From assembly GCA_963843975.1 (NCBI GenBank), contig CAWJMG010000003.1, forward strand, positions 960,001 to 992,000: a stretch of DNA of 32,000 bases. The letters are read 5' to 3'. The notes beneath the pieces were generated by a model. The model searched no databases. It was not told the DNA's origin and saw only the letters and a list, made by a program, of their open reading frames with translations. Below are positions 11,487-21,953 of this stretch, piece by piece. This DNA is from an uncultured Actinomycetes bacterium. Its GTDB lineage: Bacteria; Actinomycetota; Actinomycetes; S36-B12; CAIYMF01. Each line of letters opens with the position of its first letter. Within the stretch, counting starts at the first letter, position 1. Position numbers and translations under genes: made by a program.

Positions 11487-11915
11487 ATGAGCGACTTCCA
11501 CGACTGGAACCAGCAGATCATCGCGGAGTTCCGCGCCAACGGCGGGAAGGTCGGTGGCCAGTTCGAGGGTGCGCCGGTCGTCCTGATGCACGGCGTCGGC
11601 CGCAAGACCGGCAAGGAGACCATCCACCCGGTCATGTACCTCGCCAACGAGACCGACCCGCAGACGATCTACGTGTTCGCGTCCAAGGCCGGCATGGAGA
11701 CGCACCCGGACTGGTACTGGAACCTCACGTCCGCGGGCCGGGTGACCGTCGAGGTCGGCACCGAGACGTACGACGCGACCGTCACCGACATCGAGGGCGA
11801 GGAGCGCGACCGCATCTACGCGATCCAGGCCGAGCGCTACCCGGGCTTCGCGGAGTACGAGGTCAAGACCGCGGGCATCCGCACGATCCCGGTCCTCGCC
11901 CTCACGCGAGTCTGA
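11487..11915 (+). CDS. Nitroreductase-family deazaflavin (F420)-dependent oxidoreductase (Ddn/DUF385-like)
   Basis: The ATG at 11487 gives MSDFHDWNQQIIAEFRANGGKVGG..GRKTGKETIHPVMYL..THPDWYWNL..ERDRIYA, the characteristic pattern of this family. The upstream part of ORF 10938..11915 is read-through. Confidence 0.8.
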   Translation: MSDFHDWNQQIIAEFRANGGKVGGQFEGAPVVLMHGVGRKTGKETIHPVMYLANETDPQTIYVFASKAGMETHPDWYWNLTSAGRVTVEVGTETYDATVTDIEGEERDRIYAIQAERYPGFAEYEVKTAGIRTIPVLALTRV

Positions 11916-11936
11916 CCGTTCGCGGGGCCGGGCTGG

Positions 11937-12863
11937 TCAGCCCTGGCTGATGATGTCGAGCGCGGTCTGCAGGTCGGCGGGGTACGGCGACTCGAGCTCG
12001 ACCCACTGCCCGGTGCCCGGGTGCTCGAACCCGAGGCGCTTGGCGTGCAGCCACTGGCGGCCGAGCCCGAGGCGCTTGGAGAGCACCGGGTCCGCGCCGT
12101 AGGTCAGGTCGCCGACGCACGGGTGGCGCATCGCCGAGGTGTGCACCCGGATCTGGTGGGTGCGCCCGGTCTCGAGGTGGATCTCGAGCAGCGAGGCATG
12201 ACGGAAGGCCTCGAGGGTGTCGTAGTGGGTGATGCTCGGCTTGCCCTCGGCGACGACGGCCCATCGCCACTCGTGCTGCGGGTGCCGGTCGATCGGGGCG
12301 TCGATGGTGCCGCGGAGCGGGTCCATCACTCCCTGCACGAGCGCGTGGTAGACCTTGTCGACCGTGCGCTCCTTGAACTGACGCTTGAGCGAGGTGTACG
12401 CCCGCTCGCTCTTGGCCACGACCATGAGCCCGGTGGTGCCGACGTCGAGCCGGTGCACGACTCCCTGCCGCTCCGCCGCCCCGGACGTCGAGACGCGGTA
12501 GCCGGCGCCGGCGAGGCCGCCCACGACGGTCGGGCCGTTCCAGCCCGGTGACGGGTGCGCGGCGACGCCGACCGGCTTGTCGACCACCACGACGTCGTCG
12601 TCGTCGAGGACGACGCGCAGGCCCTCGACCACCTCGGGGACGATCTGCACGGCCACGGGCTCGCCCGGCATGACGACCTCGAGCCACTGCCCGGTCGACA
12701 CGCGCGCGGACTTGCCCACGACGTCGCCGTCCAGCGACACCTGGCCGTCGGCTGCGAGGTCGGCGGCCTTGGTGCGTGAGAAGCCGAAGAGCCGAGCGAG
12801 GGCGGCGTCGACGCGCTCACCCTCGAGACCCTCGGGAACGGGAAGCGAACGGACGTCTGCCAT
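11937..12863 (-). CDS. rluD: RluA-family 23S rRNA pseudouridine synthase (RluD-like) with an N-terminal S4 domain
   Basis: 308-aa ORF containing the [16 protein letters not shown] catalytic motif and GRTHQIRVH. It sits immediately downstream of lspA, which is conserved actinobacterial synteny. Confidence 0.9.
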   Translation of the reverse strand: MADVRSLPVPEGLEGERVDAALARLFGFSRTKAADLAADGQVSLDGDVVGKSARVSTGQWLEVVMPGEPVAVQIVPEVVEGLRVVLDDDDVVVVDKPVGVAAHPSPGWNGPTVVGGLAGAGYRVSTSGAAERQGVVHRLDVGTTGLMVVAKSERAYTSLKRQFKERTVDKVYHALVQGVMDPLRGTIDAPIDRHPQHEWRWAVVAEGKPSITHYDTLEAFRHASLLEIHLETGRTHQIRVHTSAMRHPCVGDLTYGADPVLSKRLGLGRQWLHAKRLGFEHPGTGQWVELESPYPADLQTALDIISQG

Positions 12864-12875
12864 CTGAACCGTGTC

Positions 12876-13439
12876 CTAGGCCCGCGAGCCGTCGAGCTCG
12901 ACGCCGCGCAGGGCCAGGATCACCATGAGGATGCTCGAGCAGACGATCGCGGAGTCGGCGAGGTTGAAGACCGCGAAGTTCGGGAACGTGATCCAGTCGA
13001 CGACGTGGCCCTGGAACAGGCCGGGCTCGCGGAAGATGCGGTCGATGAGGTTGCCGACCGCCCCACCGAGCAGGCCGCCGAGGGCGATGGCCCAGCCGAT
13101 GCTGCCGATGCGGCGCGACCTGCGGATGATGAAGTAGGCGACGGCCGCGGCGATAGCGGTGAACACGAACGTGTAGCCCGTTCCGAAGCTGAACGCTGCA
13201 CCGGGGTTGCGCAGGAACGTGAGCGTCACCAGCCCGCCGAGCAGCTCGACCGGGTCCTGGCCCTCGAGGTAGCGGATCGCCAGCAGCTTGGTCACCTGGT
13301 CGACGACGACCACGAACGCGGCGATGCCGAACGTCAGGCCGGCGAGCGTGCCCTGCCGCGGCGTGGGCACTCGGGAGGCTGCGGCATCGACGTCGACGCC
13401 CTCGGCCTCGGCAGGCGCGCCCTGCTGCTCCTCGCTCAC
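12876..13439 (-). CDS. lspA: Lipoprotein signal peptidase (signal peptidase II)
   Basis: This is the C-terminal 187 codons of ORF 12876..14657. LspA motifs are present (DQVTKLLA, FLRNPGAAFSFG, GGAVGNLIDR, FNLADSAI). The GTG at 13439 is my best guess for the start, and no strong SD precedes it. Confidence 0.85.
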   Translation of the reverse strand: MSEEQQGAPAEAEGVDVDAAASRVPTPRQGTLAGLTFGIAAFVVVVDQVTKLLAIRYLEGQDPVELLGGLVTLTFLRNPGAAFSFGTGYTFVFTAIAAAVAYFIIRRSRRIGSIGWAIALGGLLGGAVGNLIDRIFREPGLFQGHVVDWITFPNFAVFNLADSAIVCSSILMVILALRGVELDGSRA

Positions 13440-13504
13440 GGGACGCGAGCCTATGCGGAGCAGGCGGTCCGGCACGAACCGGCGCTGCCGGGGGTTGACC
13501 GCAC

Positions 13505-14572
13505 CTAGAAGCGGCGCTCCTCGAGCTGCTTGCACGCCACGCACAGCGTGGCGCGCGGGAAGGCCTGGAGGCGCAGCTTGCCGATGGGCTTGCCGCAGCG
13601 CTCGCAGACGCCGTACGTGCCGTCGCCGAGCCGCGAGAGCGCGCGCTCGTTCTGCTGCAGCAGCTCGCGGGCGTTGTTGGCCAGAGACATCTCGTGCTCG
13701 CGCTCGAAGGTCTTGGTGCCGGCATCGGCCTGGTCGTCGCCGGCTCCGTCGCCGGAGTCCCGGAGCAGGTCGGCGATGCCCTCCTCGGCGTCGCTGATCT
13801 GGTGGTTGAGCCTGGTGACCTCGGCCTCGAGCTCGGCGCGGACCTCGGCCAGCTCGGACTTCGTCCAGGGCGACTCGTCCTCGCGGACGGCCAGCTTCGG
13901 CGGGGCGGGCGTGGTCGGCTTCTGGGGGACCCGCGGCGCGAGCTTGGGCGAGGGCGCGCGAGGTGCAGGTGCGGGCTTGGACGACTTGGAGGCCTTGGCA
14001 GGCTTGGCCGCAGGCGCCTCCACTGCGACGACCGGTGCGGGCGTGGCCGCAGGTGCAACCTTGGCCGGGGCAGCCTTGGCCGGGGCAGCCTTGGCCGGCG
14101 CGGACTTCGCGCCGGGCCCGGCCTTGACCGGCGCGGCCTTCGTCGCAGGCGCAGCCTTGACCGGTGCGGCCTTCTTCGCGGGCGCAGCCTTGACCGGTGC
14201 GGCCTTCTTCGCGGGCGGGGCCTTGGCGGGCGCAGCCTTCTTCGCGGGCGCGGCCTTGACCGGTGCAGCCTTCTTCGCGGGCGCGGCCTTGACCGGTGCA
14301 GCCTTCCTCGCGGGCGCAGCCTTGGCGGGCGCAGCCTTCTTGGCAGGTGCGGCCTTGGCGGGCGCAGCCTTCTTGGCAGGTGCGGCCTTGGCGGGCGCAG
14401 CCTTCTTCGCCGGCGCGGCCTTGACCGGCGCAGCCTTCTTCTCCGGCGCGGCCTTCTTCGCGGGCGCGGCCTTGGCGGGTGCGACCTTCTTCGTGGCCGC
14501 AGCCTTCACCGGCGCGGCCTTCTTCGTGGCCGCGGCCTTGGCCGGAGCGCTCTTCTTCGCGGGCGCGGCCAT
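13505..14572 (-). CDS. TraR/DksA-family C4 zinc-finger protein fused to an N-terminal histone-H1-like Ala/Lys/Pro repeat (DdbA-like nucleoid-associated protein)
   Basis: The ATG at 14572 is preceded by AAGGAGG (minus strand GGACCGAAGGAGGCGGCCATG). About 170 aa of AKKAAPxKAAP repeats come first, then a coiled coil and CERCGKPIG..RATLCVACK (a DksA/TraR C4 finger). Its position between ileS and lspA matches the Streptomyces ddbA locus. Confidence 0.8.
   Translation of the reverse strand: MAAPAKKSAPAKAAATKKAAPVKAAATKKVAPAKAAPAKKAAPEKKAAPVKAAPAKKAAPAKAAPAKKAAPAKAAPAKKAAPAKAAPARKAAPVKAAPAKKAAPVKAAPAKKAAPAKAPPAKKAAPVKAAPAKKAAPVKAAPATKAAPVKAGPGAKSAPAKAAPAKAAPAKVAPAATPAPVVAVEAPAAKPAKASKSSKPAPAPRAPSPKLAPRVPQKPTTPAPPKLAVREDESPWTKSELAEVRAELEAEVTRLNHQISDAEEGIADLLRDSGDGAGDDQADAGTKTFEREHEMSLANNARELLQQNERALSRLGDGTYGVCERCGKPIGKLRLQAFPRATLCVACKQLEERRF
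14050..14565 (-). repeat. In-frame tandem array of a degenerate 33-nt (11-codon) unit, roughly fifteen copies
   Basis: Adjacent copies are perfect in places. gcagccttgaccggtgcggccttcttcgcgggc occurs at 14151-14183 and again at 14184-14216. gcagccttcttggcaggtgcggccttggcgggc occurs at 14331-14363 and again at 14364-14396. Confidence 0.85.
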
Positions 14573-14686
14573 GGCCGCCTCCTTCGGTCCGGAGCGGGCC
14601 CCCGCCCGCCGGGTCACCGTGCGACGCGCCCTGGTGCTGCGTTCGTCGCCGGTGCACTCACCCGGCCGGTCCGGGCAAGTCACGTG

Positions 14687-14715
14687 AGGGTAGGTGCGGG
14701 CCCGTTCATGATCAA
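14687..14715 (-). promoter_or_regulatory. Candidate sigma-70-type promoter for the DdbA-like gene
   Basis: The minus strand reads TTGATC-(17 nt)-TACCCT, about 115 nt upstream of the ATG. This rests on pattern match only. Confidence 0.3.
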
Positions 14716-14758
14716 GACGGCGCGCCGTTCGGACCCGCACGGTGACCAACGTCGCAGG

Positions 14759-15061
14759 TCAGCGCCCTGTTCCCGCGCCCAGAGCCTCGATCCGCTGGGC
14801 GAGATCGACCGGTGGATGTCGGATTTCCAGCAGTTTGTCCCGACTTGTCGCACCACGCAGCAACGACACCTGGTGCGGGCGCACGCCGAGCGCGTCAGCC
14901 ACCGCCCGCAGCACCGCCTCGGTGGCGGCACCGTCGACCGCCCGGGCGCTCACCGCCACGAGCAGCGGGGCATCCGGGCCGTCGCCGTACCGGCCGCCGA
15001 CGCGGGTGCGCGAGGCCCCGGGGCGCACGCGCACGGCCAGCGTGACGCGCTCGGGATCCAT
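14759..15061 (-). CDS. DUF167 (YggU) family protein
   Basis: 100-aa ORF with a family-typical pattern (V.VRV.PGASR..V.G..G......L.V.V.A.AVDG.AT.AV...+A..LGV....V.L..GATSR.K...I). The E. coli homolog yggU sits with yggS-yggT, and here it is only ~4.4 kb from yggT. Confidence 0.75.
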   Translation of the reverse strand: MDPERVTLAVRVRPGASRTRVGGRYGDGPDAPLLVAVSARAVDGAATEAVLRAVADALGVRPHQVSLLRGATSRDKLLEIRHPPVDLAQRIEALGAGTGR

Positions 15062-15104
15062 ACCCGCAAGCCTGGCACCTCCCCCGACCGTTACCCTTCA
15101 CCTC

Positions 15105-15406
15105 GAGGTCCAGGCACGGCGCCGACGGGGACGAGTAGTCCCGCACGCAGCCACGAGCGACCCGGGGACGGTGCGAGCCCGGGGGTGTGCGCGGGGTGAA
15201 GATCACCCCTGAGCTGCCGGAGGATCCGCGGGCGCGTCCCGCGGGGTAGAACCGGCCGCCTGGAGCGACGCGAGAGGGCACGGGCGTCCCACGAGGGCGG
15301 CCCGGGCCAAGGAGGGTGGTACCGCGGGGCGGCCGGCGCATCGAGCCGGGAGCCTCGTCCCTTCGTCGAGATGGCCCATCCGGGCCGACGTACGACGGAG
15401 GACGCC
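15105..15406 (+). promoter_or_regulatory. T-box riboswitch leader of ileS (Ile specifier AUC), probably regulating translation
   Basis: The conserved T-box sequence GGGUGGUACCGCG lies at 15314-15326, with the UGGU tRNA-acceptor-binding bulge at 15317-15320. A specifier-like GUGAAGAUCAC places AUC at 15202-15204, followed by A. A helix between 15360-15368 (CCUUCGUCG) and 15393-15401 (CGACGGAGG) could occlude the ileS SD. The 5' boundary is approximate. Confidence 0.8.
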
Positions 15407-18544
<3,138 letters not shown>

Positions 18545-18553
18545 CGGGGCACG

Positions 18554-18604
18554 ACGTACGACGAGGCCCCGACCGCGGTGTGCGGTCGGGGCCTCGTCGT
18601 ACGT
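18554..18604. terminator. Perfect 23-bp inverted repeat with a 5-nt loop between convergent ileS and divIVA (candidate bidirectional terminator)
   Basis: The left arm ACGTACGACGAGGCCCCGACCGC (18554-18576), loop GGTGT and right arm GCGGTCGGGGCCTCGTCGTACGT (18582-18604) form an exact reverse complement. No U-tract is present, which is common in high-GC actinobacteria. Confidence 0.7.
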
Positions 18605-18608
18605 GCGA

Positions 18609-19316
18609 TCAGCCCTGCGGGGGCGGGGTGCTCTCGCCGGGGACAGCGAACGGCGACGCCGGCGCGGAGGTCGGCGGAGCCAGCGTGGGCGCCGGAGCCG
18701 TCGGCGGCGCCGGAGGCGCGGCCGGAGCCGACGGAGCGTGGGGAGCAGCCGGCGCGCCCTGCTGGGGCGGAGCGGTCGGGAGACCGCCGACGGACGGGGC
18801 CGCCGGCGCCGCCGGGGCAGCCTCGGCACCCCGGTGCTCGAGGTCCTTCAGAGCCGTCTCGTGGTGCTGGCGCAGGCGGGTGCGGTACTCGCGCTCGAAC
18901 GCCCGCAGCTCCTCGACGCGGCGCTCGAGGTTCTGCCGCTCGGTCGCGGCGGCCTGCTCGAGCGCGGCGGCCTTGGCCTTGGCATCGGCGAGCAGGGCGT
19001 CGGCCTCGGCCTTGGCGCGGGCGGTGTGCTCGCTCGCGGTCTTCTGCGCGAGGGCGAGCATCGCGACGGCCTCGGCGTTGTGGTCGGGCGCAGCAGGAGG
19101 CGGCGGCGGAGCTGCCGGGGCGGGAGCGGCCTGAGCCGCGGACGCGGCCTGCTCGGCTGCGCCGACGCGGCCCTTGAGCTCTGCGTTCTCGCGGGCGAGC
19201 GCACCGATCTCGAGCTCGACCTGGTCGAGGAACGAGTCCACCTCGTCCATCTCGTAGCCCTTGCGCTTGGCCGTCGAGAACTGCTTGTTGCGCACGTCCT
19301 CGGGAGTCAGTGCCAT
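18609..19316 (-). CDS. divIVA: Cell-pole/septum determinant DivIVA (Wag31-like) with a Pro/Ala-rich C-terminal tail
   Basis: The N-terminus MALTPEDVRNKQFSTAKRKGYEMDEVDSFLDQVE is the canonical DivIVA sequence. The ATG at 19316 is preceded by GAGGTG, and a GTG at 19325 is an alternative start. A coiled-coil middle region is followed by a ~70-aa tail rich in P/A. Confidence 0.9.
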   Translation of the reverse strand: MALTPEDVRNKQFSTAKRKGYEMDEVDSFLDQVELEIGALARENAELKGRVGAAEQAASAAQAAPAPAAPPPPPAAPDHNAEAVAMLALAQKTASEHTARAKAEADALLADAKAKAAALEQAAATERQNLERRVEELRAFEREYRTRLRQHHETALKDLEHRGAEAAPAAPAAPSVGGLPTAPPQQGAPAAPHAPSAPAAPPAPPTAPAPTLAPPTSAPASPFAVPGESTPPPQG

Positions 19317-19433
19317 GGGGGTCACCTCGGTGTCAGGAACGGGTCGGGCGTCGGGGTGGTGCGTCGTGCGAAGTCTAGGACCGGGACAGGGCGCGAATCA
19401 CCCGGAGCCGACCCGGCTCGCCGGAGCTTCGCC

Positions 19434-19738
19434 CTAAAGGAACAGCACCAGCGAGGAGAGGATACGGATCGCGATGAACAGGATGAGAAATACAACGGTC
19501 AGCTGGAAGTCGAACTGGCCGACGCGGATCGGCGGGATGACGCGCTGCAGCAGCTTGATGGGCGGGTCCGTGAGCGTGTAGATCGAGCTCGACGAGCACC
19601 AGCACCGGGCCGGTGGGGCGCCAGTCGCGGGCGAAGATGAAGACGTAGTCGACGACGATGCGCGCGATCAGGATGACCAGGTAGACCTGCAGGACGAGGT
19701 AGAGCGAGCTTCCCGACGACGGAGGCGAGCAGATCCAC
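19434..19738 (-). pseudogene. yggT: yggT/ylmG family membrane protein gene interrupted by two +1 frameshifts
   Basis: My own translation of the minus strand gives three segments. Frame A from GTG 19738 reads VDLLASVVGKL. Frame B reads (S)LYLVLQVYLVILIARIVVDYVFIFARDWRPTGPVLVLVEL. Frame C reads IYTLTDPPIKLLQRVIPPIRVGQFDFQLTVVFLILFIAIRILSSLVLFL, with stop TAG at 19436-19434. The ORF-track entries 19499..19738 and 19375..19605 are the out-of-frame continuations of A and B. The family pattern RDWRPTG...TDPP..L.R.IP is recognisable only in the spliced reading. Confidence 0.75.
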
Positions 19739-19774
19739 GCGGTAGACGTCCTGTCGGTTGCGGGCTGAGCGGGC

Positions 19775-20314
19775 TCAGCTCTGGTTGAAGAAGCCGTCCT
19801 GGGCGAGGCGCTTGGCCTCGGCAGCGACGTCGACGTTCGCGGGCGAGAGAAGGAACACCTTGTTGGTGACGCGCTCGATGGTGCCGCGGCAGCCGAACAC
19901 GAGGCCGGCGGCGAAGTCGACGATGCGCTTCGCGTCGGTGTCGTCCATCTCGGTGAGATTCATGATCACCGGCACGCCCTCGCGGAACTCCTCGCCGATG
20001 CGGCGGGCGTCGTTGTAGGTGCGCGGGTGCAGCGTGGTGATGCGGTACAGGTCGCTCACGCCGAAGGCCTCGACCGGCTCGTGGACGCGCGGGGCGACCG
20101 CGGTCTCGGCCGGACGCGCCGACGTGCGGACGGCGGGCTCGGGGGTGCGGGCCGGAGTACGCGGCTCCGGACGGACCTCGCGCACCGAGGAGTACTGGTG
20201 AGCCGGCGCGGTCTCGCGCGCCGGACGGGCGTCGACGTAGTCGTCCTCGGCGTACTCGAGGCCCTCGTCCTCGACCAGGCCGAGGTAGACCGCCATCTTG
20301 CGCATCGCGCCCAT
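19775..20314 (-). CDS. sepF: Cell division protein SepF
   Basis: The ATG at 20314 is preceded by GAGGAG. The protein begins [17 protein letters not shown] and has the conserved C-terminal domain [64 protein letters not shown]. The upstream part of ORF 19775..20533 is read-through. Confidence 0.9.
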   Translation of the reverse strand: MGAMRKMAVYLGLVEDEGLEYAEDDYVDARPARETAPAHQYSSVREVRPEPRTPARTPEPAVRTSARPAETAVAPRVHEPVEAFGVSDLYRITTLHPRTYNDARRIGEEFREGVPVIMNLTEMDDTDAKRIVDFAAGLVFGCRGTIERVTNKVFLLSPANVDVAAEAKRLAQDGFFNQS

Positions 20315-20417
20315 GCCTGCTCCTCGTCGTCCGGTCTCGGTGCTCATCGGTCCGTGCTGGTCGGTCCTCGTACGCGCCAGGCGCGGACGCTGAGCGCCGC
20401 AGACCTGTACCCCAACG

Positions 20418-21158
20418 CTACCTGAGTCCGGAACGTCCCCCGAGCACCGCCGTGCCGACCCGCACGTGTGTCGCGCCTGCCGCGACGGCCTCCTCGAGAT
20501 CGCCCGACATGCCCGCCGAGACCACCACGGCACCCGGGTGGGCGGCGCGCACGCCTGCGGCCACCCCGGCGAGCCGGGCGAACGCCGGGCGCGGGTCGAC
20601 CGGGGCCCCGTCGGGGCCGAGGGGCGCCACGGCCATCACGCCCGCGAGCCGGAGCCAGGAGGTGGCCGCCACGAGGTCGGCGAGGGCCGGCACGTCGTCG
20701 GGGTGCGCTCCCCCGCGGTGCGCGGGTGGCGACCCGTCGGGGACATCGGCGAGCCCGACCTGCAGCAGCACGTCGAGCGCCCGGCCGTGGCCCTCGGCGG
20801 CGCGGTCGAGCGCCGTCACGAGCTCGGGGCGGTCGACCGACTCGACGACGGTCGCGTAGGCCGCGACCGAGCGGGCCTTGTTGCGCTGCAGCTGCCCGAC
20901 GAAGTGCCAGCGCAGCGCGAGGTCGGCGCAGTCGGCGTGCTTGGGCCCGGCCTCCTGGTCGCGGTTCTCCGCGACGTCGGTGACCCCGAGCCCGGCCAGC
21001 AGACGGACGTCGGACGCGGGCCAGGTCTTGGTGACGGCGACGAGGGTGACCTCGTCGGCCGCGCGGCCGGCGGCCGCAGCAGCGCGGGCGATCCGCTCGC
21101 GCACCTCGACGAGGTTGGCGGCGAGCTCGACCGCGCGTTGCTCACTGGTCAGCGTCAC
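20418..21158 (-). CDS. yggS: YggS/YlmE family pyridoxal-phosphate homeostasis protein
   Basis: The GTG at 21158 overlaps the pgeF stop (GTGA). LVAVTKTWP contains the PLP lysine, and [10 protein letters not shown] and [12 protein letters not shown] are also present. Confidence 0.85.
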   Translation of the reverse strand: MTLTSEQRAVELAANLVEVRERIARAAAAAGRAADEVTLVAVTKTWPASDVRLLAGLGVTDVAENRDQEAGPKHADCADLALRWHFVGQLQRNKARSVAAYATVVESVDRPELVTALDRAAEGHGRALDVLLQVGLADVPDGSPPAHRGGAHPDDVPALADLVAATSWLRLAGVMAVAPLGPDGAPVDPRPAFARLAGVAAGVRAAHPGAVVVSAGMSGDLEEAVAAGATHVRVGTAVLGGRSGLR

Positions 21159-21904
21159 TGCGGCTCCGGCTCCAGCGCCACGACGCCGCCGTGGCGGCCC
21201 GTGAGCCGGTCGCGACGGAACGAGTAGAGGTCGGAGGACTCCTGCGTGCAGCCGCCGTGCAGGGACACGTAGGCACCGGCCTTGCGCAGCCGGTCGACCA
21301 CGGCGGCGCGCAGGTCGAGGCCCGGCACTCCCCCGCGGGCCACGGAGGCTGCGGCCGGCGCGACAGCGACGACCTCGTCGTACCGGTCGCGCGGGACGTC
21401 GTAGCACTCGCCGCACACCGCGGGGCCGACAACAGCCCGGATCCGCGACGCGTCGGCGCCGAGGTCGAGCATCGAGGTGAGGGTGGTGCCGACGACGTCG
21501 GCAGCGACTCCGCGCCAGCCGGCGTGGACGACGGCGACGACGCCGGCGTCGCTGTCGCCGAGGAGCACAGGCACGCAGTCGGCGGCGACGGTGAGCAGCG
21601 CGATGCCGGGGACGCGGGTCACGAGGGCGTCGACCTCGGGCACCGGAAGCATCTGGGGGGCGCCCACCTCGCCGACGTCGTTGCCGTGGACGGGCGCCAT
21701 CGACACGAGCCGGTGACCCGAGACACCCACGGCCGCGGCCAGCGCAGAGCGGTGCGCGGTGACGACGTCAGGGTCGTCGCCGACATGGTCGGCGACGTTG
21801 AACGCGTCGTACGGCGCCTGGCTGGCCGGCACGCCGTCGACCGACGCACGGTCGGAGAAGGCCCAGCGGACCCGGGGGCCGAGGTGTCCCTGCGCGATCG
21901 TCAC
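21155..21904 (-). CDS. pgeF: YfiH/PgeF laccase-domain protein (peptidoglycan editing factor / purine nucleoside phosphorylase family)
   Basis: 249-aa ORF with a GTG start. It contains ADCVPVLL, the VVHAGWRG motif and a CTQESSDLYSFRRD C-terminal pattern. It sits directly downstream of ftsZ, as in other actinobacteria. Confidence 0.85.
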   Translation of the reverse strand: MTIAQGHLGPRVRWAFSDRASVDGVPASQAPYDAFNVADHVGDDPDVVTAHRSALAAAVGVSGHRLVSMAPVHGNDVGEVGAPQMLPVPEVDALVTRVPGIALLTVAADCVPVLLGDSDAGVVAVVHAGWRGVAADVVGTTLTSMLDLGADASRIRAVVGPAVCGECYDVPRDRYDEVVAVAPAAASVARGGVPGLDLRAAVVDRLRKAGAYVSLHGGCTQESSDLYSFRRDRLTGRHGGVVALEPEPQ

Positions 21905-21953
21905 GACCCCACCCCACCATCGGGGGCGGGGTGCGTGCCACCCGGGGTCCGGA

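Noticed and set aside
14050-14565. The regular 33-nt repeat array was considered as a possible CRISPR or other non-coding repeat locus.
   Set aside because: There are no unique spacers between the units. The units are contiguous, in frame and translate to the AKKAAP(V/A)KAAP motif of a protein with a good SD and a DksA/TraR C-terminus. There are no cas genes.
15371-15406. The ATG at 15371 as the ileS start (the ORF-track call, MAHPGRRTTEDAMYRP..).
   Set aside because: It lies inside the T-box leader, in the loop of the proposed SD-sequestering helix, and has no SD. The ATG at 15407 has GGAGGA at the proper spacing and gives the usual IleRS N-terminus (MYRPVPPQVDL..).
19434-19738. Programmed +1 ribosomal frameshifting as an explanation for the split yggT.
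   Set aside because: There is no slippery or hungry-codon context comparable to prfB-type sites, no stimulatory SD-like element upstream of either site, and two consecutive programmed events in a 100-codon gene would be unprecedented. Mutation or consensus error is far more parsimonious.
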